Shown: piece after piece, positions 51,529 through 60,955 of the stretch
Numbering within the stretch: position 1 is the first letter of the stretch
How the letters are laid out: each line of letters starts with the position of its first letter
NCBI GenBank assembly: GCA_965202985.1
Contig: CBDBCF010000001.1
Coordinates: forward strand, 256,001 to 320,000
Length of the DNA: 64,000 bases
Reading direction: 5' to 3'
Origin: Longimicrobiales bacterium
GTDB taxonomy: Bacteria > Gemmatimonadota > Gemmatimonadetes > Longimicrobiales > Gaopeijiaceae
Notes under the pieces: model-generated
The model's database searches: none
Told to the model about the DNA's origin: nothing
Seen by the model: the letters and a program-made list of their open reading frames with translations, nothing else
Translations under genes and position numbers: made by a program

Positions 51529-53261
51529 TTCGGTTCGCTTCTAGGCGGGGAGTTCTGCGGCCAGTAGTCGTCCTTCCGGTCGGGCACGCTGTATTCGTAG
51601 GGGCCTCGGTACACGACCGGCATCTCGTCGGGACGCCAGTTGCCGTGGGGCGGCGGCGACTCGGTGGTCCACTCCAGCGAGTTGGCCTTCCAGGGGTTGC
51701 GGGACGCCTTCCGGCCTCGTCGCCACGACTTCCAGCAGTTGTAGAAGAACACGAACTGGAACGCCAGCATGACCAGCAGCGCAATCGTGGCGATCTCGCG
51801 CATGTTCTGGAACTCGGGGATGCCCAGCTCGGGGAAGTTCGTGTAGTCGTAGATGCGTCGGTGCTGTCCCCCCATTCCCAGCACGAACAAGGGAATGAAG
51901 ATCAAGTTGAACGGGATGATCGTGCCCCAGAAGTGCCACTTGCCCAGGCGGTCGTCCATCATCTTGCCGAACATCTTGGGGAACCAGTAGGTGAACGCCG
52001 CGAAGGTCCCGATGATGGCGATGGGGAAGAACGTGTAGTGGAAGTGGGCCAGGACGAAGTAGGTGTCGTGGAAGTAGATGTCGGCGCCGGCCGCGCCCAG
52101 GAAGATTCCCGTCACGCCGCCGATCAGGAATTCGGCGACGAACGCCAGCGCCCAGAGCATCGGCGTGTTCAGCGTGATGGAGCCGCCGTACAAGGTGGCG
52201 ATGTAGACGAAGCACAGCTCGGCGATCGGCACCGAAATGAGCAGCGTGGTGATCGTGAACAGGTTGGCCATCCGGGGGTCGATCCCGGCAATGAACTGGT
52301 GGTGCGCCCAGACGAAGAAGCTGAGGACGCCGGTGGCCACCACCGTGAAGATGACCGTGCGGTAGGCGAACAGCTTCTTGCGCGCGAAGGTGGTCATGAT
52401 CTCGGCGACCACGCCCATCGCCGGCAGCAGCACCACGTACACCTCCGGGTGCCCGAAGAACCAGAACAGGTGCTGCCATAGGATCGGGTCGCCCCCGGTG
52501 GCCGGGTTGAAGAACCCCGTGCCCAGCGTCTGGTCGAAGAGCAGCATGACGGCGCCGGCCAGCAGCGGCCCCACCGACAGCATGAACAAGATGCTGGCGA
52601 TCACGATCATCCACACGACCACGGGCACGTCGAACGCCCGCATCCCCGGCGCGCGCGAGTTCATGAGCGTGGTGATGAAGTTGATCCCGCCCAGCAGGAA
52701 GGCCACGAACTCCAAGCCGACCCCGATCAGCCACAGCGTGCTTCCCAACGGCGTCAGGTTGTACGCTCCGTCTGCGGAGAGCGGCGGATAGGCCGTCCAA
52801 GCGCCCGCGAAGCCGCCGCCCTCCACGACCAGCGACGCCAAGATGACGATGGTGCTGACGAAGAACACCTGGAACGACAAGCGGTTGATCTTGGGGAACA
52901 CCATGTCGTCCGCCCCGACCATGAGCGGAATCAAGTAGTTCCCGAAGGCGGCCAGCAACACGGGCATCGCCACCCAGAAGATCATGATCGTGCCGTGGTT
53001 CGTGACCAGCGCGTTGTACTCGCCGGGCGACACCATGCCGAAGCCGGGCACCTCGATGCCCGGGAAGGCCAGCTGCATGCGGAAGACGTACGCCATGAAG
53101 CCGCCCACCAGCGCCATGAACATGCCCGTGAACATGTACTGCATGGCGATGACCTTGTGGTCGGTGGACCACACGTACTTCAGCCATCCCTGGGGACCGT
53201 GGTGGGCGTGTTCCTCGTCGCGGTCAGGCTCGTGGACCGGAGCGAGTGCGGGCTCGGCCAT
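51525..53261 (-). CDS. ctaD: Cytochrome c oxidase subunit I (A1 type)
   Basis: STDHK, HGTIM, GWTAYPPL-like, WFFGHPEVY, WAHH, HDTYFV.AHFHY. Confidence 0.97.
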
Positions 53262-53963
53262 CTATGCGTCTCCTAGCGTGCGGGGCGTGTTCGCCGCGAT
53301 CCAGGCCGCGTGCGCTTCCGGGTCCTCCACCGTCACCTCCGCCAGCATGACGCCGTGCCCAAAGCCGCAGATCTCCGCACACTGGACCTCGAAGGTGCCC
53401 GTTGCGGTCGGCTGGAACCAGCCCGTGATGCTGCGCCCCGGAATGGCGTCCTGCTTGATCCGCCACGCCGGAACCGAAAAGCTGTGCAGCACGTCGGTGG
53501 CCTCGAGCTTGAAGTGGTAGACCTTGCCGTTCTCGACGTGCAGGTCGTCCACCGTGAAGATGTCGTCGGGCGTGTCCAGTTCGTTGTCGGCGCCGGGGTG
53601 CTGGAACGTCCAAGCCCACTGCTGGCCGACGATCCGGATCACGGCGTCCGGGTTCTCGGGCAAGTCCAGCTTGATTGCGTGCCACACCTGGAACGAAACG
53701 ACCACGATCGCCACGTCGCACACGAGGACCAGCAGGTGAGGGATCGTGATCCACCGCTTGTGGCGCTTGTTCTTGCCGTCGATGTACTCGGCCCGCCGAC
53801 CCGGCTTGGCCCGGAACCTCATGATGAAGTACAGGAACAAGGCTTCGGCGGCCAGGAACCACACGCCCACCACCACGAGCACAAGAAGGATGAGGAAGTC
53901 GATCTGGCCCGCGTAGGACGACGCGACCCGGATCAAGCCGTCGAAGAAGTGGGTTTCGTTCAT
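53262..53963 (-). CDS. ctaC: Cytochrome c oxidase subunit II
   Basis: GQQWAW, DVLHSF, KQDAIPGR, CuA motif CAEICGFGHGVM. Confidence 0.95.
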   Translation of the reverse strand: MNETHFFDGLIRVASSYAGQIDFLILLVLVVVGVWFLAAEALFLYFIMRFRAKPGRRAEYIDGKNKRHKRWITIPHLLVLVCDVAIVVVSFQVWHAIKLDLPENPDAVIRIVGQQWAWTFQHPGADNELDTPDDIFTVDDLHVENGKVYHFKLEATDVLHSFSVPAWRIKQDAIPGRSITGWFQPTATGTFEVQCAEICGFGHGVMLAEVTVEDPEAHAAWIAANTPRTLGDA

Positions 53964-53976
53964 GGCAGGGCGTCCC

Positions 53977-54171
53977 CTACAGCAAGGCGTAGACGACCGC
54001 GGCGGCAACGAACAAGACGACGCCGACCACGGTCACGTGGAACGTCTTCTTGGCGAACTGGATCGACTCGTTCTCGTCGTCCGGCGGGGGCGGCGGGAGC
54101 TTCGCCGCCAGCTCAGCGTGGGTGGGCGGACGGCTCTCGGCGGGCGCGTTCGGCGAAGGCGTGGATTCCAT
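53977..54171 (-). CDS. Small single-TM protein in the oxidase operon
   Basis: 64 aa with a C-terminal TM helix; co-oriented with the operon. Confidence 0.6.
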   Translation of the reverse strand: MESTPSPNAPAESRPPTHAELAAKLPPPPPDDENESIQFAKKTFHVTVVGVVLFVAAAVVYALL

Positions 54172-54195
54172 GGTCGTCGGTCTGCGGCTCCGGGT

Positions 54196-55230
54196 TCAGC
54201 GGCTCAAGGCGTACACGTAGGCCGCCACTGCTCGGACTTGGTCGTCGGTGAGCGGCATGCCGGCACGGGGCTGCATCGTTCCCGGATGCTCCACGGGCTG
54301 CGGCACGCCGGTGATCACCAGCTGCACGATCGACTCGTACTCGCCGTCGACGTTCAGCCAGACGTCGTCGGTCAAGTCGGGCGCTAGAGGACCGCCGGCG
54401 CCGCCCTCCGTGTGGCAGGTGTAGCAAATCCCCACCCCGTGGAAGATCGACTGGCCCTCCTCGACCATGCCCACCGTGACGCCCTCCGGCAGGATCGCCG
54501 GGTCGACGCTGACCGGCGGCGGCCCTGTCGGCTGGGCCGCGGCCGTCTCGCGCTTCCGGGGCAGGCGCTGCATCGTCATGACGTAGGCGACCACGTCTTC
54601 GATCTGGGGGTCGGACATGCCGACCACCGGCGCCCGCATCGTGGCCCCGGCCGCGTCTCCCGGCGTGGCGCCCCGAATCCCCGCCCGGTACTTCTTGAGC
54701 GCGGAGGTCATGTACCAGTCGCTCAGATGAAGGAGCGACGGCGCGTTCAGGCTGCGCATCCCGCGTCCGTCTCGGCCGTGGCAGTTGGCGCACAGCAGCG
54801 CGTACTGCTCCTCGCCGGCCTCGGCGTCGCCGAACCCGGTGGCGGGCGGGTCGGCCAAGGGCAGGCTGGCCACGTAGGCGGCGATCGCGTCGATCTCGCC
54901 GTTGTTCGAGTCCAGCGCGCGGGACATTGGGCGCATCCGCAGCCCCTCGGCGTCCTGGTAGTGGTAGCCCCGGCGCCGCTCCTGGAACGCGGTCAGCTGG
55001 GCCTTGAGGTACCACTCCGAGGCTCCGGCGATGGCGGGCGCCGCCAAGTCGAGTCTGCCCGCGCCGTCCTTGCCGTGGCAGGGCGCGCAGGTGTCGAACA
55101 GCCCCGCGCCCCGTTCGAGCTGCGGGTCGGACTCGCCGCACGCCGTCAGGAGCAGCGGGGCGAAGGCAAGGCCGGCCAAGACGAGCGCCGACGGGGAACC
55201 GAGAGAAGGTCCTGGCAGGAACCGTGTCAT
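54196..55230 (-). CDS. Tri-heme cytochrome c lipoprotein (c4-like diheme plus monoheme domain)
   Basis: Lipobox LLTAC; CAPCH, CANCH, CYTCH. Confidence 0.9.
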   Translation of the reverse strand: MTRFLPGPSLGSPSALVLAGLAFAPLLLTACGESDPQLERGAGLFDTCAPCHGKDGAGRLDLAAPAIAGASEWYLKAQLTAFQERRRGYHYQDAEGLRMRPMSRALDSNNGEIDAIAAYVASLPLADPPATGFGDAEAGEEQYALLCANCHGRDGRGMRSLNAPSLLHLSDWYMTSALKKYRAGIRGATPGDAAGATMRAPVVGMSDPQIEDVVAYVMTMQRLPRKRETAAAQPTGPPPVSVDPAILPEGVTVGMVEEGQSIFHGVGICYTCHTEGGAGGPLAPDLTDDVWLNVDGEYESIVQLVITGVPQPVEHPGTMQPRAGMPLTDDQVRAVAAYVYALSR

Positions 55231-55250
55231 GGTCGAAAGATAAGCCCCCG

Positions 55251-56255
55251 CTAGAAGATGTCCAAGTCCGCGGCGGAGGCCAGCGAGCCGTCGTAGCCGG
55301 CGGCGCGAATTTCGCGCACCAGGTCGTCGTCGCTGGCGCCCCAGTAGAGCTGGTGGTAGAGGACAAGCAGGCCGGGGCGCGCCCGGTTCGCCAGCGCCGC
55401 CAGCTCGACCGTCGAAGTGTGGGCTCGGGCGTGGTAGGCCTGCCATTCGGGCGGCCGTCGTCGGAAGGCCTCCGCCGAATAGACCTCGTGGACCAGCACG
55501 TCGCAGCCGGCGCAGGCTTCGACCAGCGACTCGCTGGGACGCGCGTCCCCGGACACGACCACCACCCGACCCCCGCCCTCGAAGCGGTAGCCCAGCGCGT
55601 GCGTCCAAGAGCCGTGAAGAACGGGGACGGCGGCGACGCTGACGTTGGCGTCCTCGTAGACCAGCCCGCCCGTCGTTTCCCGGACCGGTGCCCGGTAGGC
55701 GTCCGGGTTCGCGTCCCGAGGCTCCAACCCGGAGAGCCGCACCTGGATGTCCTCCTGCCACGCGGCCAGCACGTGCCCGACCATCGCCTCGGCGCCCGGC
55801 GGCCCCGCAATGCGGATCGGGTCGGGCCGGTCCAGGACCCACGGCGCCAGGATCAGGTCGGGCAGCCCCGTGGTGTGGTCGGAGTGCAGATGCGTAAGGA
55901 ACAGCCGGTTCAGCCGCTCCGGCGCCAACGCGGCGATGCCGTGGTCCCTGGCGGCCCGGGCGGCGCGGCGAACCACGCCCGGACCCGCGTCGACCAAGTA
56001 CGCCTTTCCGCCCGCCACGATCGCCACCGCCGGCCCGGATCGCTCGGGGTCGGCATTGGGCGTGCCCGTCCCAAGGATCACAACGCGCATGGCGGAATCG
56101 GGCAGCTGTTCGGCGCGCCCCGGCGTCGGCAAGGCGGCCGATGCAAGCGTCAGCGCCGCGGCCAGCGGCACAAGCAGACTCAAGGCGGCTCCTTTGGACG
56201 GGATCGGTGTGGTCGAGCGAGTGCGACCATACGGGGGATGCGCGGCCGCCGGCAA
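55251..56255 (-). CDS. MBL-fold hydrolase (RNase Z/AtsA-like)
   Basis: LGTGTP, LVDAG.G, THLHSDH, SGD, LVHE, HT, LYH; start uncertain. Confidence 0.88.
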   Translation of the reverse strand: MPAAAHPPYGRTRSTTPIPSKGAALSLLVPLAAALTLASAALPTPGRAEQLPDSAMRVVILGTGTPNADPERSGPAVAIVAGGKAYLVDAGPGVVRRAARAARDHGIAALAPERLNRLFLTHLHSDHTTGLPDLILAPWVLDRPDPIRIAGPPGAEAMVGHVLAAWQEDIQVRLSGLEPRDANPDAYRAPVRETTGGLVYEDANVSVAAVPVLHGSWTHALGYRFEGGGRVVVVSGDARPSESLVEACAGCDVLVHEVYSAEAFRRRPPEWQAYHARAHTSTVELAALANRARPGLLVLYHQLYWGASDDDLVREIRAAGYDGSLASAADLDIF

Positions 56256-56373
56256 GAGTCATTCCGCCGCTCGCTTGCCCGCAACTGCGCTGCGACATAG
56301 GTTGCCCCCAATCATGCAAGTGCCCCGCCTGGGCGCTCGACACCTCGTCCCCTTTGGCACAGGAGAACGCCAC

Positions 56374-59300
56374 ATGACATCAGCACCAAGTTCGATACCT
56401 CACTCGCGGCTACGGAGGCGAACCCTGTCGGCGGCCGGGGCGGCCGGGCTCCTGGGCTTGGCGCTGGCGTTGTGGGCCGTGCCGGCGGGCGCCCAGAACA
56501 CGATCACGGGAACGGTGGTCGACGCGGCCAGCCAGCGTCCGTTGGCCGGCGCGCAGGTGGCAGTCGACGGGACCGACACCGGCACGCTGACCGACAACCG
56601 GGGCCGCTTCCTGATCCTGAACGCGCCCAGCGGGCCGGTCACGCTGCGCGTGGTCATGATCGGGTACCGGGAGGCCACGGCGACGGCCAGCGGCGACGAG
56701 GCCGTCGTCATTCAGCTGAGCGAGACGGCGATTTCGCTGGACGAGATCGTGGTCACGGGGGTGGTGGGCGAGCAGGCCGCCCGCGCCATCGGCAACACGA
56801 TCGGCCAAGTGGACGCCGCTCGGCTGGAAGAGGTGGCGCCCGCCATGGACGTGCAGCGCATGATCAGCGCCACCGTGCCCGGCGTGCGCGTGTCGATGAG
56901 CGGCGGCGAGGTCGGCACCGGCGGCACCACGCGCGTCCGGGGCATCGCCAGCCTGTCGCTGGGCGCCCAGCCGCTGGTGTACGTGGACGGCGTGCGCGTC
57001 AACGGCGACGAGACCAACGCCGCCTTCGGGAGCACCGGCTTCCGCAGCAACTCGCAGCCGTCGCGCCTGGGCGACTTCAACCCCGACGAGATCGAGAACA
57101 TCGAGATCATCAAGGGGCCGGCGGCGGCGACGCTGTACGGCACGGAGGCGTCCAACGGCGTCATCAACATCATCACGAAGCGGGGCCGGACGGGCGCGCC
57201 GCGCATCAACGTGACGATGAAGCAGGGCGCCAACTTCTACCCCGACGTGTACAACCTGTTCCCCGACGTCTGGTACCAGTGCAACGGCGTGTCCCAGACG
57301 GTGGACGTGGACGAGCGCCTGCGCTGCACGCCGGGAAGCGTCGCGTCGTTCAACGTCCTGGAGATCGACCGGGACGTGTACGGAAACGAGTGGTTCCAAA
57401 CGGGCCACGCGCACTCGTACGGCGCCGACGTGAGCGGCGGTTCCCAGCAGATCACGTACTTCGTGTCCGCCGACTGGGACCGGGACGAAGGCGTGGTCTC
57501 GTACAACTGGCGGAACCGCATGAGCGGGCGGGCCAACCTGACCTATGCGCCCAGCGACCAGCTCGAGCTCAACTTCAGCTTGGGCGCGATCCGCAGCAAG
57601 GCGCAGTCGGCCTCCGCGCAGCAGCCCTTGCCCACGGCGATCATCTGGGCCTGCCCGGCGCCGGGGTGCGAAGCCGGCGACACCAACGCCCCCAGTCGCA
57701 TCGACGGCCCCTACCGCGGGTACATCGCCTACCTGCCGGAAGCCTACGAGAACGAGATCGAAGGCTTCCAGGACGTGGACCGCACCACGTTCTCCTTGGA
57801 GGCCCGCCACGAGCCCTACGACTGGTTCAGCCACCGCGCAATCGTGGGCGGCGACTTCAGCGGCGTGAAGAACTCGGAGCTCTACCGGGCCACCGGCAAC
57901 ATCGGCCAGTTCACGCCGTGGGGTCGCAAGACCGTCATCAACCTGCAGGACAGCTACTTCTCGCTGGACTACCAGGCCAACGGCACGTGGGACGCGGGCG
58001 ACGCCTTGAGCCTGACCACGTCCGCCGGTGTCCAGTACTACAACCGGCAGCAGTCGTCCACGGAAGCGCACGGCGAGACCTTCCCCGTCGAGGCGCTGGA
58101 AACGGTTTCTTCCGGCGCCACCAAGCGCGCCGAAGAGGACTTCTTCGAGAACAAGACCTTCGGCGTGTTCGTGCAGGAGCAGCTGGCGTGGAACGACCGG
58201 CTGTTCCTGACCGGCGCCGTGCGGGGCGACGACAACAGCGCGTTCGGGAAGAACTTCGACTTCGTGGTGTACCCCAAGCTGTCGGCCGCCTACGTGATCA
58301 GCGACGAGGACTTCTTCGGCGACGGCGGCGGCTTCGTGAACACGCTGAAGCTCCGGGCCGCCTGGGGCGCCGCCGGGAAGCAGCCCGACGTGTTCGACGC
58401 GATCCAGACCTACGAGCCCACGGTCGGACCCGACGGGGCTTCGGTGCTGACGCCCGAGAACATCGGCAACCCGGACCTGAAGCCCGAGGTGGGCACCGAG
58501 ATCGAGGTCGGCTTCGACGCCGGCATCCTGGACGACGCCATGGCCATCGAGTTCACCTTGTACAGCCAGGTCACCACCGACGCCCTGGTCCGCGTGCCGG
58601 TCATTCCGTCGCTGGGCTTCCCCGGCGTGCAGTTCCGCAACATCGGCGAGGTCAGGAACCGGGGCGTGGAGCTGGCCGTCCACGGAACGGTGTACAGCTC
58701 GGACGACATCGGGGTCGATCTGGGCGGCACCTTCTCCGCCTTCAAGAACGAGGTGTCGGACTTGGGAGGCCAGCCGCCGATCACCCAGAGCTCGTCCAGC
58801 TTGAACCGGCAGTTCCACGTCGAGGGGTTCCCGCTGGGCTCCATGTTCTACAAGCGCGTGGTCAGCGCCGACCTGGACGCCTCCAGCGGCCGCAACGTGG
58901 CGGTGAACCTAATGTGCGAAGGCGGCGAGCTGGCCACTCCCGGCGAGAACTACTCGTGGGGCGGCGGCGCGCCCGTGCCCTGCGACCAAGCGCCCGAAGT
59001 GTACTGGGGTCAGCCGATCCCCAACCGCGAGGGCGGCGTGTACGCCAACGTGCGGATCGGCCAGAATCTGTCGCTGTACGCCTTGGTGGACTACGTGGGC
59101 GGGCACGCCCTCAGCCTGGGCGACGTGAGCGCCCAGCACCGCTTCTTCAACAACTCGAGGGCGATCTTGGAGCGCACGGACCCGATCCTGCTGGGCTACG
59201 AGGCTCTTGGGGCGCAGGGATTGGCCCAGTCGGGCGTGGTGGACGGCGACTTCGTCAAGCTGCGCACGGTGTCGGCCTCGTACACGCTGCCCGCTTCGCT

Positions 59301-59514
59301 GGCGACGGCGATGCGGGCCAGCCGCGTGGCGATCACGACTTCGGTGGAGAATCTGTGGACGATCTGGCAGAAGTCCACCGAGTCCTTCGGGCACCCCATC
59401 ATGGACATCGAGCGGGCGCGCCAGACCGCGGGCACGTTCGGGCTCAACGGATACGTGCAGGAAGGCTGGCCGCAGATGACCCGCTTCGTGTCCACCGTTC
59501 GGTTCACCTTCTGA
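56374..59514 (+). CDS. susC: SusC/RagA-type TonB-dependent outer membrane protein
   Basis: AGGAGA RBS; signal peptide; PLVYVDGVR, IENIEIIKGPAAATLYG.EASNGVI.I.TK.G, GNPDLKPE, terminal F. Confidence 0.93.
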   Translation: MTSAPSSIPHSRLRRRTLSAAGAAGLLGLALALWAVPAGAQNTITGTVVDAASQRPLAGAQVAVDGTDTGTLTDNRGRFLILNAPSGPVTLRVVMIGYREATATASGDEAVVIQLSETAISLDEIVVTGVVGEQAARAIGNTIGQVDAARLEEVAPAMDVQRMISATVPGVRVSMSGGEVGTGGTTRVRGIASLSLGAQPLVYVDGVRVNGDETNAAFGSTGFRSNSQPSRLGDFNPDEIENIEIIKGPAAATLYGTEASNGVINIITKRGRTGAPRINVTMKQGANFYPDVYNLFPDVWYQCNGVSQTVDVDERLRCTPGSVASFNVLEIDRDVYGNEWFQTGHAHSYGADVSGGSQQITYFVSADWDRDEGVVSYNWRNRMSGRANLTYAPSDQLELNFSLGAIRSKAQSASAQQPLPTAIIWACPAPGCEAGDTNAPSRIDGPYRGYIAYLPEAYENEIEGFQDVDRTTFSLEARHEPYDWFSHRAIVGGDFSGVKNSELYRATGNIGQFTPWGRKTVINLQDSYFSLDYQANGTWDAGDALSLTTSAGVQYYNRQQSSTEAHGETFPVEALETVSSGATKRAEEDFFENKTFGVFVQEQLAWNDRLFLTGAVRGDDNSAFGKNFDFVVYPKLSAAYVISDEDFFGDGGGFVNTLKLRAAWGAAGKQPDVFDAIQTYEPTVGPDGASVLTPENIGNPDLKPEVGTEIEVGFDAGILDDAMAIEFTLYSQVTTDALVRVPVIPSLGFPGVQFRNIGEVRNRGVELAVHGTVYSSDDIGVDLGGTFSAFKNEVSDLGGQPPITQSSSSLNRQFHVEGFPLGSMFYKRVVSADLDASSGRNVAVNLMCEGGELATPGENYSWGGGAPVPCDQAPEVYWGQPIPNREGGVYANVRIGQNLSLYALVDYVGGHALSLGDVSAQHRFFNNSRAILERTDPILLGYEALGAQGLAQSGVVDGDFVKLRTVSASYTLPASLATAMRASRVAITTSVENLWTIWQKSTESFGHPIMDIERARQTAGTFGLNGYVQEGWPQMTRFVSTVRFTF

Positions 59515-59533
59515 GCACGAGGAGAGAGAAGAC

Positions 59534-60865
59534 ATGTTGACAAGCAAGAGGCTTGTGCGTTCGGCACTGCTGGCCGTGGTTCTCGTCGTGCCGGCGGGAT
59601 GCGACCTGGACGAAATCCTGAGCGTGCGCGTGCCCGGCAAGGTTCTGGAAGAAGCGCTCGACAACGCCGGCTTGGCGGACGTGCTGGCCACGGGCGTCGT
59701 CGCCGAGGCGGAGTGCAGCTGGAACCAGTACGTGGCCGGGGCCTCGCACCACTCCGACGAATACATCCCCACTTCCGGCAACCTGACGATGAGGAACTGG
59801 GGCCAGCGCAAGATCTACGCAAGCGACGCCGGCTATTCGCAGGGCACGTGCGGCGGCTGGGGCTACCCCATGTACACGCCGCTTCACACGGCCCGTTTCC
59901 AAGCCGAAGACGTGGCCGAACGGCTTTCGGGCTTTTCCGCGGAAGACGTGCCCAACTTGGCGTCGTTGCAGGCGACCGTGGCCGTATGGGGCGCGTTTCC
60001 CTTGGTGGCCATGGGCGAAGGCTTCTGCAGGATGGCGATCAACGGCGGACCTGAAATGAGGCCCGCCGACGTGCAGGCGGAAGCCGAGAACCGGTTCACT
60101 TCGGCGATCTCCATGGCCCAGGCCGCCGGCGACGAGACGCTTGCGATGCAGGCCATCCTTGGCCGGGCGCGCGTTCGGCTGGCGAGCGGCAACCACAGCG
60201 GCGCCTTGACCGACGCGGCGCAGATCCCCGACGGCTTCAAGGTGGACGTGACCCGCGACGATTCGGAGTCCCGGCGCTACAACTACTACTTCGAGCGCCT
60301 GAACGCGCCCACCGGCTTTCGCGCCCACGGATCGGTCGCCGACGACTACCACGACCTGACGATCGCCGAAGACGGAATGCCCACCGAGGGCGACGGCGTC
60401 AAGGATGTCCGGGCCAACGTCAAGACCGACGGAACGCAGGCCGCGGACTTCGCCACCGTGCTGTACTACCACGACAAGTACAACTCGCGGACGGCCCCGT
60501 TGCCGCTGGTGCACTGGCACGAGGCACGCATCTACGAGGCGGAAGCCTTGGCGGCACAGGGCGACGTGGCCGGCGCGCTGGCCAAGATCAACGTCCTGCG
60601 CGAAGACGCGGACCTGCCCCTGGTGACGGCGGAGGTCGGGGCGGACGCAATCATGGACCTGGTCAAGGAAGAGAGGCGGCGGCAGCTGTTCGTGGTCGGC
60701 GGGCACCGGCTGCACGACATGCTGCGCTTCGGCATCCCGTTCCTGGGCGAACCGGGGTCGATTCACCCCAACGGCGTGGACCAGACGGGCGCCGAGTACG
60801 GCGATCTGACCTGCTTCCAGCTGCCCGAGGTGGAGATCAAGGGCAACGAGAACATCAGCGGCTGA
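59534..60865 (+). CDS. susD: RagB/SusD-family lipoprotein
   Basis: Lipobox PAGC; EA....AEA, IN.LR, ERRRQLF..GHRL.D..R. Confidence 0.9.
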   Translation: MLTSKRLVRSALLAVVLVVPAGCDLDEILSVRVPGKVLEEALDNAGLADVLATGVVAEAECSWNQYVAGASHHSDEYIPTSGNLTMRNWGQRKIYASDAGYSQGTCGGWGYPMYTPLHTARFQAEDVAERLSGFSAEDVPNLASLQATVAVWGAFPLVAMGEGFCRMAINGGPEMRPADVQAEAENRFTSAISMAQAAGDETLAMQAILGRARVRLASGNHSGALTDAAQIPDGFKVDVTRDDSESRRYNYYFERLNAPTGFRAHGSVADDYHDLTIAEDGMPTEGDGVKDVRANVKTDGTQAADFATVLYYHDKYNSRTAPLPLVHWHEARIYEAEALAAQGDVAGALAKINVLREDADLPLVTAEVGADAIMDLVKEERRRQLFVVGGHRLHDMLRFGIPFLGEPGSIHPNGVDQTGAEYGDLTCFQLPEVEIKGNENISG

Positions 60866-60885
60866 CCAAGCCGCCCTTACAAACA

Positions 60886-60940
60886 ACGAGCGGGGGCGGC
60901 GCTCCGCAGTAGCTGGGGCGCCGTCCCCGCTCGCTCGTCG
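60886..60940. terminator. GC-rich hairpin between convergent genes
   Basis: GAGCGGGGGCGGCGCTCC ... GGGGCGCCGTCCCCCGCTC imperfect inverted repeat. Confidence 0.6.
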
Positions 60941-60955
60941 TGCTTAGGGGGCCGC